Assembly: GCA_964016885.1 (NCBI GenBank)
Contig: OZ024742.1
Coordinates: 17,918,001-17,982,000 of the forward strand
Length of the DNA stretch: 64,000 bases
Source of the DNA: Eledone cirrhosa
Taxonomy: Eukaryota
Direction of reading: 5' to 3'
Position numbers and translations under genes: made by a program. The notes under the pieces are model-generated. The model searched no databases. It was not told the DNA's origin and saw only the letters and a list, made by a program, of their open reading frames with translations. This document shows positions 26,716 to 40,830 of the stretch, piece by piece (positions within the stretch are counted from its first letter, which is position 1; each line of letters begins with the position of its first letter).

Positions 26716-27620
26716 CCTCAAGTGAGTTTCTTTTTTTCTTGTGTTTACTATTTCCAGTTTCAAATGCAATGAACTTTCTGCTTGAACAATTGCAATTTAT
26801 AGTGACCATGTGCTCATGTCACGAAGAACTTTATCTATTATGAACATTATTTATTACAAACACTATTTAAGAACAAACATTGTGTATATCATTGTGTATA
26901 ACATTTTTTTTTCTTCTCTCTCTTGTTTTGCAAAATTTGTATTTTTCTTGTTCTGTAACATTGATTGTGTAATTGCCATAATTTTTATATACATACAAAG
27001 CGTGTACATATTCTGTTTTTCATGCACACTACAAAACCACATTTGTTTCACCTTTTGGTTCATACACTGAGCAATAGATATTTGTGTCCCTCTAACTCTT
27101 ACACTACAAAATTTTTTCTCTTTGATCACGCATTTCACAAATCGCAACCTCAAAACACTGGCCTTCTGTTTTCACGTACACATTCACTCAATAGCTCGAG
27201 AATGCCTCGCTATTTTTTTACCACATGCATTCGCTCAAGTCATATGCTGTGGAGCAAGCTGTTACCTTTAGGCAGCATGCTTACGGCCATTCAGTTCACA
27301 CATTACGGTTATCTTCACTGCCCAGTTAGACTTTTTGTCACGCAATTCACAGGCAGCTCAACCGAAATTGCAACAGGCTCATTCATCACGCCTGTATAAA
27401 TCTGGTCAAAGTCATTTTATAGTTTATTTCTTTTTTCTCTTCCTGACACACACATCTTGCCATATCATCTCTACATCGACTCTGTCCTGTACTCGATGAT
27501 CACAACATTTCACAACCTGCTGGACACTCCTGGGGCTATTGTCATGACAAATGCACCACTGGCCCATTCCTATACGATATTTCGCTCTTTTGTTGTACAA
27601 AAGAACTGGCAGGGGGCTAA

Positions 27621-28125
27621 TGTACAGCCACCGGAAATAACAGCTGTGAAATATACAGCGCCATCTACCTGTTAGCTAGCTACTCAACGTGAAACAAAAG
27701 AACCCTTAGAACCTACCAGAATAAACGCCTACACATCGACTAAACAACTAAGGATTGTTCCTGTATAAATAGAGTGGTTCCTAACACTTTCGCTAGTTGA
27801 CTTTTGGCAGAGTCAGCTAGCGCATCGTTGTTCCTTTACTCTGCCACGCTTTGTCACTCCCACACGCATTGCCTTGTATCCCGTATCGTTGCTTCATGTG
27901 AAAATAAATAGCTGATCGAATTTACATCTCGCCTTGCTTCGTCCTTTCAACTTGTGCTTTCGTCTGTCCATCCTCAACAGTTCTTTTATGGGCTATATGC
28001 GACAAGAGTCCTTTTAAGGGCTATCTTCATATCTGATCAGACCGTATGCGATAACAGTCCTTCTAAGGACTATTCTCGGATCTGGTCAGAAGTAGTGACT
28101 AGACTGACCAACCAGCGTCGCTACA
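27621..28125 (+). repeat. 3' LTR
   Basis: Direct repeat of 22761-23265. Confidence 0.95.
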
Positions 28126-28332
28126 CATACATACATATATACTTACTTACATACATACAAACAATCATGCAAACATAAATACATATATACATAATAAATG
28201 CATACATACATACATACGTACGTACATACATACATACATACATACATACATACATACATACATACATACATACATACATACATACATACATACATACATA
28301 CATACATACATACATACATACATACATACATA

Positions 28333-31300
28333 CGGTTCTTTTTGTTCTCGATTCAAACGATTCAAGAACAACGTTTAAAACACAGTTGTAGAATTAAAAA
28401 CTAACTGAAAAAAAATATTACCCAAGCTGTGAATAACTTTAAATTTGATTCTGACAGAACTTTGTCGAAACTTTTAAAGAAGGTCATCGACTATTTTGAA
28501 AAATAAATACGAAATATTAGTGAATAGACGAACTCATCATGGCAAAAAAGTACAAGTCTCCTTTGACCAAATCGCAACTACAACCGTTGTACACAGTGGA
28601 GCTACGAACTTAACAAAGTATTATATGAAGCATACAAACAATCTGAACCCCAAAAGTTCGGTTTTATGCAAAGGCTAAAAACTTTATGGAACTCCAAACA
28701 CCCAGAATTAGACTTTTCTCCAAAGCATTTAAATGAACAGGCAAAACGTATCATTAGATGTAAATTGATACATCTAACGGAATTGAGTGATACTACAAAT
28801 ACAGCCCTTGTAGACAACCACCCCACCTCCACTGACAGACAAAGAGAATGGCCAGCTAAATCTAACAGTGAACAGCTCACCAACAATTTTGCTGAAATCC
28901 ATCCCACTTCCACTGAAGAACAGCGAGAAAGGTCAGCTGACTCTAGTAGTAATTGTCACATCAACAACGAGGCTGAAATTCATGACTCTACTGTACAAAC
29001 AGAGCACCAAAAACTTGTGGGCACCCTACAAGTGATATGGAACGATATGTTTCAAGAGATACACAGTCTTAATGTGAGTGACAGACCATACAACACTAGA
29101 GTCAGTAAAGAACCCACTAAATTGGAATTGGAAGCGGTGAACGAAATAGCTGGCAATTATCTGAAGGCTATACGATCTAAAGGTGTAGAAACGACATTTG
29201 AAACGCTTAATGTTTTGTTATATGTTTCAGCTGTCACATTGCTATCATATAACACACATCTAAAACCACGCAATCAAGATACAAACAGAAAGCCTGAACC
29301 AGCGTGGATGCGAAATTTAAAAACCAAAATTTTGTCCCTGAGACGAAGTATCTCACACATCGCAGTCGTTATGAAATGCAACATAGAGAGCAACTTCACA
29401 CGACACCAGGAAGACCTAAAGAAAAAGTTAGAGAGACGATTTGGAGATACAAAATTTAAAACTTTGAACTCCAAATTACACCAGTTGAAACAACAACTCA
29501 CAGCTACAAGAGAAAGACTAAAATATAAGTCAACAGCACATAAACGACAAGTGCTAAATAGATTGTTTGCCAGAGATCCTAAATCAGTTTATCGCAGCTT
29601 CGGTGGCAAAAGCTCAATCCCTGTAAACGACACCCCTTCAAAAGAACAGGTTGAGAGCTACTGGAGATCTGTATGGGAAACGGATGACGGATTCAACAGA
29701 CAAGCTAATTGGCTAAAAGAACTGGAACAGGACTACTGCCAACATGTCCAGACAAAACAATATGACATAGATGGGTCAATACTGGAAACAGCTCTACAGA
29801 AAATGTCGAATAGGAAATCGCCAGGCCCAGACCTCATTACAGGATACTGGTTTAAGAATTTCACTTTCTATCGGCAAGATCTCATACGGCTGTTTACAGA
29901 AACCATTAAGGGCACACAAGAACTGCCCAGATGCTTATCAACTGCCACTACTCTCCTCATTCCCCAAAATAGCCAAACCACTCTTGCTAAAAATTACCGC
30001 CCAATTGCCTGCCAAAACATCATGTATAAATTATATACTGGGTACCTTAACCTGTTCTTACAGGCTCACTGTGCTACCAACAACATCATAACACCTGAGC
30101 AAGCTGGTGGAAAGAGGGAGGTGTGGGGTTGCATAGATCACCTACTAGCTAATAAAATGATTCACGAAAAAACAACAAAGATCGCAGAAACATGACTGTC
30201 GTGTGGCTGGACTATCAAAAAGCATTTGATAGTGTACCTCATGGGTGGATTATTAAGACTTTACAGTTAGCTAAAGTCCCACAACCATTGGTAGCTGCTG
30301 TTGAACGCCTGATCAAGAACTGGTACACCAATTTGATCCTTAGAGGTGAGAAGGAGCAGGTTAAGACTGATAAGATACATTACCAGAAGGGCATCTTTCA
30401 GGGTGATAGCTTGTCAGTGCTACTCTTCGTTCTCTCACTGAATCCACTATCTTACCTACTCAGGAAACAAGGTGGACAAAGAAGTGGGCCCAGAAGTATC
30501 TCCCATCTTTTCTTTGTTGATGACCTGAAGTTGTATGGGCCAGATATCAATGACATCAAGAAACAATTGGACCTCATTACACAACTTTCAACCGACATCA
30601 AAATGAAATTTGGTGAGTCCAAGTGTGCATATTTGGCAGCAAAACGTGGAAGAGCTGTGCCCTCCTCTAGAAATCTAGAGATGAACGGCCTGACAATACA
30701 ACCTCTGCAGTCAGGTGACAACTACAGATATCTTGGACAGGATGAGAATGTCAGATATGATGGACCCATAAATAAGGAGAGAACCAAAACTGAATACCTC
30801 AGAAGAGTAAAGAAAATATGGTCATCAGAACTCTCAGCATACAACAAATACATTGCCCACAATACTTATGCTGTGCCAATTCTAGCGCCAACATTTGGCC
30901 TACTGAACTGGTCATTGCAAGAACTAAGTGAGATGGATGTTAGAACTCGAAAACTTCTCAGTGTTACTGGGAACTTTAACATCAATGGTGATGTGGATAG
31001 GCTATACTTCTCACGCAAGGAAGGTGGCCGGGGTCTAAAATCAATATTAACAACATATGAGACCCGGATAGTAACACTGAAGCAACACCTTCAACAGAGG
31101 AAAAAGGTTGGCAACCATCTTGCTCAGGTTTATGAGCATGAAAAAAGAAATATCATTAGAATAGCCACTGATCTGGAGGAGAGATATGGAATAAAGCCTG
31201 ATATAAATCTCTCACCCAGAGAAATCGGAAGATCCTATTCAATGTTCAAACAAGATTTAAAAAATTGACCAATTTACAGAAAAAGTTGTGCATGGATACT

Positions 31301-32128
31301 TGAGGCGTAAAACACAGACCATAGAGGGGATAAACCACTCAAAAAGCCTGGCATGGAGTTCCGACAAGTTTATGACATCACACCTTGAGGGATATCTCTA
31401 TGCAATACAGGAACAAGAACTCCCTACCAAATATCTGCTGCACAAAAGAGGAGGGCCAGCAGCTGACAATAAATGTAGGCTATGTAAAACAAAGATCGAG
31501 GATGTAAGCCACATTGTTGCCAGATGCGAAAGAATGTCATCTCGCTACTACCTCCCCATGAGACACGATGGGATAGCTAGAACCATCTGGAACGCACTTC
31601 GGAAAACAAAATTAACAACAAACAAGGAAAAATATATTGAGACAGATGGCACTTAGGAATACTGGTGGAACCTGAAAATAAAAACTGCCACCAAATTAAA
31701 GCACAGCCGGCCTGATATTGTTGTTTGGGACCACACATTGAAAACGTGTTCTGTTGTGGAGATCAGCTGCCCACTTGTGTAAACGTTGTCAGAAAAATAC
31801 AGGAGAAGGAGGACATCTACGGACCATTGATGAGGAGTTTACAAATCCAGTATCCAAGAATACACCTTTAGCTTCATACCCATCATTATTGGTGCTACGG
31901 GTTATATACCAACCCGCTTGGACCAAAGTTTGACTGAACTTGGATTTGCGGACAAAAAGCGCAGCTCCCTAATTCATAGTCTACAAATGGCTGCGATAGC
32001 TGGCACCTTCAAAATTTGCAAAACATTCTTGCGATTCAAGGGATGACAATTTCTTTTCTTTTACAGCCTTGCCACCAGGAAGCTGGCCGGTCAAAATAAT
32101 ATACTCGAAATTAAGAGAAAGAGAAAAC
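28333..32128 (+). mobile_element. Near full-length R4/Dong-clade non-LTR retrotransposon (single RT + RLE ORF, disrupted) flanked by (CATA)n
   Basis: ORFs 28666-30195, 30192-31268 and 31288-31656 plus a downstream frame: KSPGPD, NYRPIAC, WLDYQKAFDSVPH, GIFQGDSLS, HLFFVDDLKLY, CRLC..H...C, RHD, RPDIVVWD, EISCP. (CATA)n on both sides. Confidence 0.93.
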
Positions 32129-32286
32129 ATACATACATACATACATAATATATGCATACGAATAAATATATATATATACACACATACATATAAAGTTTAT
32201 CAAGGTTGTGTCAGTGACATTAATAAACTAAATGAATACACACAAAAGCACGCTGATATATATGTGTGTGTGTGTGTTTGTTTTAG

Positions 32287-32289
<3 letters not shown>

Positions 32290-32358
<69 letters not shown>

Positions 32359-32384
32359 ACACACGCACACGCACACGCACACGC

Positions 32385-32439
<55 letters not shown>

Positions 32440-32440
32440 A
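32290..32440. repeat. (CA)n/(CACG)n/(TA)n microsatellite
   Basis: Direct repeats. Confidence 0.95.
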
Positions 32441-33904
32441 CATTAATAAAGATGCTAATTTTTAAAAAAATCGTTTATTCATTATAATTATTTCAACGGT
32501 TCTCCCATGCAATCAAGGTTAATTCATGCATTTGTTGTTGTTATGAGAACGGTATCCTCAGATGAAATTCGATTTTGTGATATGCTGCCGGCAGGAATAA
32601 AAACACGTCCTTCTGCTCGTGCGCCCAGCAGACATATGAGTCCCTGAAAGGGTGTTTACTGGAGTAAAGTGCTATCCACGTGTCAATTAGCGGAATTCAG
32701 GTCGTAAATCAGCAGAAAGGTAACCCTTCAAGTATGTTGTGTTGATCTGTATCAAACGATAGTTTATGCGTAGCCAGAATCTAACCACTTCGATATAGGT
32801 CGGGGCTCTGATCTTTTAATTCGGAGAAGTATCAGCTCTACCTTGAGTGAGTCTCCAGCGATTCTTTCCTTGGACATTCTAACCACATGCCCATTGGTAT
32901 TAAGTGTAAAAGTTAAATAATTCTACTAAAATAAAAAAGGACAGGAATTTTCCCTGTCTATTTTTTATTTATTTTAAGTTAAACTGATGATTTATATTTA
33001 AAAATAGCAAAGTTAACATTGAAAATATTCACGAAAGAATTATTCCTATCTTTATTAATTGTTTATTTTGAAATATACAAAAGTTCACATAAACTAATTT
33101 TCGAGTCATGCAATATATGACCTTTAATTTAATTATCATCATCACCTCATCAGCATCATCATCATTATTGTTGTTGTTGTTGTTGTTGTTGTTATTATTG
33201 TTTATAACCTTTAGTTTTACTATTATTACAATTATTATTTACTCTGCTTTTCATCTTTGCAATGTTGGTAAAATATAGTACCAGTGAAGTACAGGAGGTC
33301 GATTTAATAGACTTTCCGCTCCCCCAAAATTTCTCACCTTTGTGCTAAAAATAGAAACCATCGTGGGTGAGAAGACACTTAGATGTGCTAAATTTGACAT
33401 TGAAAAGCTGTTTGGTACATCGTAGACTCCTGTCAGCGGTTCTCCCACTTTTTACCTCATATTTACTATGTATAAATGTATTGTACAAGTTATCATAAAA
33501 TTAACCATTTATAATATGCGTGTGTGTTTATATATATAGAAAATATCAGGTTGACAGAAATAAAGTGAGCGATGGGGAATGAATCATATTCCAATGAATC
33601 TACGCAGAGCTGGTCTACTGGGTGAATCGTTCACTATAGGTTGGTTAAAGAAATGCTATGATAAAGCAGTACATTTACATATATTAGGTTTGAAATGACA
33701 GGTGACAGACTTAAAACATTGCCCTTGCGTGAAATAACAAATATTGATGCTTCTGATATAGTTTATGGTTGTTAGATGTTTAGTTGGATGTAGTCGTGGC
33801 CAAATGGTTAAAACTTTCGCTTCAAAACCATAAGGTTCCGAGTTCGATAACATTTCATGGCATATTAAACATTTATTAAATGTTCGCAATTAATTATATA
33901 AATA

Positions 33905-34120
33905 ATGATTTCTACAGTAGGCACAAGGCCAGTAATTTGGGGGAGGGGAAATTCGATTAAATCGACCCAGTACGTTACTGGTCCTTTATTTTATCGACCC
34001 CTTAAGGATGAAAGGAAAAGTTAACCTCGGTGGGATTTAAACTCAGACCGTAAAGGACCGGAACTCTGTGCTGCAAAGCATGATGTCCGACTCTCTACCG
34101 ATACTGCCAATCCACCGCCC
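33905..34120 (-). mobile_element. tRNA-derived SINE (main family of this window)
   Basis: A box TGGCAGTATCGG, B box GAGTTTAAATCC, body cctttcatccttaaggggtcgataaaataaag, tail ggccttgtgcct. Confidence 0.85.
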
Positions 34121-34559
34121 TTATTAATTATATAAATAATGAAGAAAGGAGGAAGGGGTAAAGAAGGTGAGATCTGGCTGTATAGGAAAGTAAAGGAAAG
34201 GACTATAAATGCCATAAATGAGAAGAAAAGGAGAAAGAGCAAGGACTATTAGGCACAAAGTTAGCATACTTACGGGGGGGGGGAGAATTGGTTATATTGA
34301 CGCCATTACTTAACTGGTACTTTATTTAATCAACCTGGAAAGTGCAAAAAATAAACTTGGCCTCGGCGAGATTTGAACGTAAAGAGCCGGAATAAATGCC
34401 ACTAAGCATTTTTTGCTTGACAACGATTCTATTGATCGACGTCCTTCCGTAGAGCAAAGATAACATTATCACCCAAAAAGGAAAATGATTCCGTATATAA
34501 ATCCAGAAACAAAAAAACATAACGAAATAAAATAAATATCGGCATCTGAAAATAACCTT

Positions 34560-34690
34560 CGCCGCGAGTTGGAATGGCTCTTCCAGCGCATCTCCATTAC
34601 CATCCTCCGGGGAACCGCCTTCTCCATCCTGTCCGCCAGGGCTGTGAGGAGGCCAGCACGTGGGACCCCATTTGCTCACCATACGGATTA
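34560..34690 (+). mobile_element. 3' fragment of a CRE-like RLE non-LTR element
   Basis: RELEWLFQRISITILRG; homologous to 51125-51250(-) and 63635-63700. Confidence 0.7.
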
Positions 34691-36819
34691 ATAGGCAAAG
34701 TTATAAACTATTGTAAATAAACCTATTTAGCTTCTTGTAAAAAAAAAAAGGAAAAAATATTGACCGGAAAGTAAAGGATTTCATGTAACAAGACAAACTC
34801 GGATTTAGAAACAATAAAAATTCTTGAAAAACATATTTACATTTAACAAGGAATTTATACAACTTTTTTACACAACAGAATAACACAATCTTACATAAGA
34901 ACGAGCAGCAACATACACAATAAAATCAATAGAAAAAGGCAACATAAAACAACTTAATGTTTCATCATTTAAGTCCTGATACTTGAGTACAACAGAAACA
35001 TTTCCTAGATCCCAATCCAAATGAAGATTCATTAGTCCTTCCAAAAGTAATTTTGGTATTGTTAGTTAAATAGTCTTAGATATAATAAACATTAAGACAA
35101 AACAGTCTACGAATTCCAATCTAAGTCAGTCATCACGTGATTCCACAACGTTAGAAAGTAAAACAAATGCAAATTTATCCAATCTGATATCATTTATTGT
35201 TATCTTCACATAAGTCAGGATCTATTTTAAAAGCTGCTAGTTGACCAAAGGATACACTAATATCACACAAAGTAACCAGCAGATCATTATGTGCGCCAGA
35301 ACTCTTCTTTTAACAAGACAGCTTGTTGGGTCTAAAAAGACAGAACATGGAATTTTGAAAGAATCGTAGTTATCTTTGATATGGCCGAAATATGGGAGCC
35401 AATATACTTGTTATCACACAAAGAAACGAAGATTTCCTTTAATAGTGTTATCGGAAGACTGGGCAAGGATGAACGGCACATGATTTCAAATGGTGCGAGC
35501 TGGTACACAACTGAAACTCTCTGATAGAAAATAACTAAATTAAACCTTTAGCATTTAAACCGGCTATATCCGGCCAGAATTTTCTCACCTCTTTCTGTTC
35601 AAACCGGCCGTAATCGGCCAATCATACTAATGTTAAGGTATTGTTCTCAAAATTTATAATATCAAAATCTCATAGATTCGTTATTATGTGAGATAATTAT
35701 GTAAGATTAAGCCTTTACCATGAAAATACAATTGTATATATAGAGTAATGTAAATGTTAAAAGGTTAAACAAATTCAGGTTGAAGGTGACATTCGAAGAG
35801 ACCCTTACGATAAATCATCCGGTTGTCATGTTTAAGCTACATTCTAAGTCGTATAATCAATTTAACAAATCTAGTAGGGTACCAATGTAAATCCATCGCC
35901 AATTCAATTACCCGCCAAATATTACCAAGCACGTAACAAAACAAGTCCACAAAATTATAGTTGCATGAAGTCACTAAAAACACCAAGAAGATAAATATAA
36001 ATAAATATCACAGTAGTGAACATTTCCTGTGCTGCAAATCATTTTCTCTCTATCTTAAAAATGATTTACTAAACACAAAATAAAGGTGAGCTACAGTTGC
36101 ATGAATACCATGTTAAGTGCAATTGTTAAGTATTACATTGAAGCGGAGTTCATAGGAGGTGTGCATGCCATTACTAAATAGTCAAATACCTAGAGAAAAA
36201 CATTGTGGTAGTCTCTATCAACAACATATCTACAAACAACATAAGCCTGACAGCTTTTTTTCCGTCACGTCACCATCAACTAGAAATACCACATCAGATG
36301 AGCAGCGTTAATTAGGTATATAAATTTAGGAAGGCTCGAAAAGCCTGTGGCCACGAGCTAACAGAGAATTTCCATATCATTCCCCATTCTACTTTAATTC
36401 TTAATTTTTACGTGAACTAATGCAAATTTGCAGATACACCCTTAAATTCTTCCTCGGGAATAATTCAAAGAGGACTTTCTTGTTACATAAAAGATAACAA
36501 TCAACTCGAACAATTTACACTTCTATCAATCATTTCATTTTTTTCTTTTCAACACCATAACGAAGCTGATGATGAAATCAGTTGTTTTGTTACACTGAAT
36601 TTCATGAGAACGTCACTGCAGTTTGAAGTGAAGATTACTTTCTTAGATTTAGGTGAAGGACGTCGCCAATTCAAATCGATATTGTATGCCGACTATATAT
36701 TTCTATTAACCCACCCATAATAGACAAAGTGGACGCCAGCAATATATGAAATGAGAAAGCAAACATACGCAACAAAGCGAGGAATATTCAACCCGTCAGT
36801 CTATTCATTATATATGTGT

Positions 36820-37032
36820 GTAGTGGATTGGCAATATCGGTAGAGGGTCGGACGCCTTGCTTTGCAGCAAAGAGTTACGGCCCTTTATGATCTGAGTTCA
36901 AATCCCGCTGAGGTTAACTTTGCCTTTCATCCTTACGGGGTCGATAAATAAAGTACCAGTCACGCACTGGGGTTGATTTAATCGACTTTCCCCTCCCCCA
37001 AAATTGCTGGCCTTGTGCCTATATAACAAACC
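36820..37032 (+). mobile_element. tRNA-derived SINE (main family)
   Basis: tggcaatatcgg, gagttcaaatccc, gcctttcatccttacggggtcgataaa, tail gctggccttgtgcc. Confidence 0.9.
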
Positions 37033-38094
37033 ATTATATACGTGTGTGAATATGTGTGCGTGTGTGTATATATATATATATATTTGTGTGTGTGTGTGTG
37101 TGTGTATGTGTATATATTATAAGTGTGTATGTGTGTGTGTGTGTGCGCTTCACAGAGCACTTCCCAATTTATCTGCAAACGAAATAGTTTTGACCATGTG
37201 TACTCAATAATTAGTTGAAACCAATTAGATTAATTAGAACTATAATAACAATACTTATGGGAATCTGAGAATATAAAAGAACAGAATGTAAGAATCTGGA
37301 ATGTATCATTCAAGGCAGAAGTTGTTAGACTACGGTCAACCCAGGACGTTACATTAAGTTTTAGTGTGAAGGTACACATCTCTTCAATCGGAAAATGGAA
37401 AGGCGAATCTTAGTGGCACCTTTATCTATGTATACAATTCACAGAATCTCTTCAAGTCAACACAAAATGATACAGAATAAAATACGAGGACGCAACGAAC
37501 GCAACATATATGTAGACGTAGGCAGTCAACTTGTGGGAACTTAGGCGGCAAAGTTGGAAAGGTGGAGGACAAAATGTTTTGTGATATTCCTTCCGGTTCT
37601 TTGCAATAAAATCATGCCGAAGTTACTTTGCCTTTAATTGTTTCATGGTCAATAAAATAAAGTACCAGTGAAGCGCGAAGGTTTGGAGGAAAGCTTAGAC
37701 TCTCATATTGTTTATCATTAAAAATATAGTCAAATTATTATGAAAAATAAACTACTATTTTTCGTAATCTGCTCACCAATCTTGTTTCTAAATATTTTAC
37801 ACTTTTCATCTTTTTTGTTTCTTTCTTTACGAAACAACGCATTGTTCTCATGAAATAAAACAGGGTTTCAATTTATGTGTGCATGCATATGTATATGTAT
37901 GAGAGAATTGAGAATTTGTAAAGGTTTAGTATGCATATATAATTATATGTATAGATATGCGCGTGTATGTGTGTGTGTGTATGTACACATTTCAAAACAC
38001 TTATACACATGTCTACATATCGACTTGGACATATAGACAGATAGATGGATAGCTTACTCGAAACACATGCTAATACATACACACACACACACAC

Positions 38095-38128
<34 letters not shown>

Positions 38129-38454
38129 ATATACAGGGTGTGTGTGTATATACAGGGTGTCCCCAAAAATGTAAACAACAGAGAGATATATTTTTCTCTC
38201 TGTTGTTTTTTCTCTCTCTGTTGTTTTGGTATCTCTCTCTCTTTTCTCTCTTTTTTCTTTTTTCTTTCTTTCTCTCTTTTTCTCTCTCTCCGTCTTTTTC
38301 TTTCTCTGTAACCCAACGACTTATTTTAAAAATAAAAATATCCAATACTAATAATAATATAAGTAAACAACTCCACTATCCGGGAGCTTCCAACAGTAAT
38401 GGTTGCATTTTTTAAGGGTATGTCAATATTTATTTATAAAACTGATCTATATTG

Positions 38455-38519
38455 TATTTTGTCTGATGAAAGCACACCATAATTTAACGTGGTGTCCTTG
38501 AAATATGTATAATAAAATA
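38455..38519 (+). ncRNA. Type I hammerhead ribozyme motif in a pLTR-like remnant (~38172-38650)
   Basis: tattttgt-CTGATGA(38463)-aag c acaccat/gtggtgt c ctt-GAAA(38500)-tatgta-TA-ataaaata. Confidence 0.8.
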
Positions 38520-39233
38520 AATATGGTTTTATAAATATAGTTTCCATTTGTTAATATCGTATGTTTACTCCAAATACTTGTTGAGTGCTTTATATCAGTT
38601 ATAAAAATATTTGCTTGTTGTATCCCAACAATTTAAATAGAACTTTTGCATATATATATATATAAGTTGAAATAAAATGAAAACGAAATTTCATTTCTCA
38701 CTCTTACATATATATATATATATATATATATATCAACGTCGAATATTCGTACAAAATCCGAAAAAAAAATCATTCGGTGAGGATGTAAGTTATCTTTCGA
38801 TTAAAAAAATCATTCGATGAGAATGTAAGTAATCTTTCACATGACAAAGGTAAACAAAATTTTCAGTGATAATTCTTTACCGTTGACTGTTTTCTTCTCT
38901 CAGATGAGAATTAGATGTGATCGTATAATTACATCTACTCGGTGGATTAACGTTGTAAAAAGAATTCTGGAATAATTTGAAAAATTAATTCGAGGTCAAA
39001 TTTCATTTGTAAGAGAAGAAACCATTCTTTGATGAAAGAGGACTAGTTTTTCCATATAGGCTCTGCTTTTTCATTTGTATAATGACTCTTCCACGCTAAT
39101 AAATGTTCTTCTCCAAACTTTTATATATATCATATAAGGCATTGAGCTGTTCCTTTCTCTGAAAAGCTGGTAATTACATTCTATAAGCTTAATTCTCTAC
39201 TCTCCTTTGAGAATTGATAATATAGTTCTAACT

Positions 39234-39340
<107 letters not shown>

Positions 39341-39354
39341 TGTGTGTGTTGATA

Positions 39355-39553
39355 CGAGGGTCGGATGCCAAGTTGATATGCTGACCAAGATACTCTCATG
39401 AAATAACCAGATGAGGTTCATTTTTCAACATAGTCCCTGGAAGAAAAAAAATACAGTTGTTAGTAAGCAGAGTTGAAATTAATGCATGTAAGATTTCACA
39501 GCTCTAGCATCACTCCTTCAGAGTCAGCATATGATCTTTTCAGCCGACCCTCG
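39355..39553. mobile_element. Mariner-like MITE
   Basis: ~30-bp imperfect TIRs CGAGGGTCGG...ATATGCTGAC flanked by TA on both sides. Confidence 0.85.
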
Positions 39554-39554
39554 T

Positions 39555-39555
<1 letters not shown>

Positions 39556-39644
<89 letters not shown>

Positions 39645-39663
39645 GTATGTATATATATGTATG

Positions 39664-39696
<33 letters not shown>

Positions 39697-39825
39697 GTAT
39701 ATATATATATGTATATATATATATGTATATATATATATGTATGTATATATATGTATATATATATATGTATATATATATATGTATGTATATATATGTATAT
39801 ATATATATATGTATGTATATATATG

Positions 39826-39857
<32 letters not shown>

Positions 39858-39863
39858 TATGTG

Positions 39864-39910
<47 letters not shown>
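39556..39910. repeat. (TA)n/(TATG)n then (GA)n microsatellite
   Basis: Direct repeats. Confidence 0.95.
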
Positions 39911-39915
<5 letters not shown>

Positions 39916-40120
39916 ATGAAATCGAAAATGCAACTCGTGTCTTATTTTTTTTTAAATATATATATTTATTCCGGTAAAGGAACGAAATAAATATATTTTT
40001 TTTTTAAAATAAGACTCCAGTTGCATTTTCGATTTCATCTTTTTTTCTTTATACTTTCACTCATATAGGACACCTCGGTTATTTTTCATTTTGTAAAAAA
40101 ACCTCACTTTCTAATAAATA
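39911..40120 (+). mobile_element. Short fold-back pLTR-like element, same family as 40831-41110
   Basis: Inverted arms aaagatgaaatcgaaaatgcaac/gttgcattttcgatttcatcttt. The right arm starts at ccggtaaagg. Confidence 0.65.
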
Positions 40121-40161
40121 ATATATATATATATATTATATAATAACAGGAGGCTGGACTT

Positions 40162-40219
40162 ATACTATGATCATTTCAATGACCGGGTTCAGTATGAATC
40201 CGGTGACATCATCAGGTAT
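40162..40219 (-). ncRNA. Type I hammerhead ribozyme motif
   Basis: Minus strand: atac-CTGATGA-..accggattca/tgaacccggt..-GAAA-tgatca-TA-gtat. A 50-bp-arm palindrome (40267-40367) lies at its 5' side. Confidence 0.7.
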
Positions 40220-40409
40220 TCGAAATATAACAAAGGAATATAATAGATAAAATCCATGGGGCTGAAAATCAGAGACATGAGGGCGACTGAACATTTTGCA
40301 GCTTCTACCCCGGTCGGCCGACCGGGGTAGAAGCTGCTAAATGTTCGGTCGCCCTAATGTATCTGATTCGCCCTCATGTATATGCAAGTATACATATGTA
40401 TATATATGC

Positions 40410-40760
40410 GCGGGGACATAGAAATAATCAGGCTGGATACCCGATCACTCGGTTAAACCACTAGGAGTGAAGGACCCCTAGCCTTTGTCAGGGCATTCTT
40501 CTAGAAGGCAACTCAGGAAACTGGGATAACGCCGACATAAAACTGCGGCTCAGTAGTTACCGATGATGTTGATCTTTTCTTCTTTTGGGGTCATAGCTAC
40601 TGTCGCTCAGAGAGTGGGATTGGCTCAGTGCACAGTCTTTCCTCATTTAAAATGAAATCTTCACGCACAGGCATTGCACGATAGCATTAATTGATAGTTA
40701 TTATTAATGTTATATATTGCTATGTCCATACTCGATAACGAGGAGGCAGCTATTATGAAT
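40410..40760 (+). mobile_element. Diverged relative of the 21400-22690 non-coding retroposon
   Basis: Shares tagcctttgtca.ggca, gtgggattggct..gtgca, gcacaggcattgc and the tail catactcgataacgaggaggcagc+(TATG)n. Confidence 0.6.
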
Positions 40761-40830
40761 GTATGTGTGTATGTATGTATGTATTTATGTATATATGTAT
40801 ATATATATATATATATATATAGGGGGGGGG

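Larger units (their letters stand above)
22761..28125 (+). mobile_element. Ty3/Gypsy LTR retrotransposon (Mag-like), both LTRs present, mildly decayed
   Basis: 505-bp TG...CA LTRs (22761-23265, 27621-28125, ~9 differences by eye). CATA TSD inside (CATA)n, PBS at 23268, PPT ggcagggggc before the 3' LTR, domain order PR-RT-RH-INT. Confidence 0.97.

Noticed and set aside
33785-33850. tRNA gene (also the SINE heads)
   Set aside because: A/B-box-like motifs only, no complete cloverleaf; best read as decayed SINE heads.
34700-36800. Apparently unique sequence as a host gene
   Set aside because: No recognisable ORF or domain; small exons cannot be excluded without transcript data.
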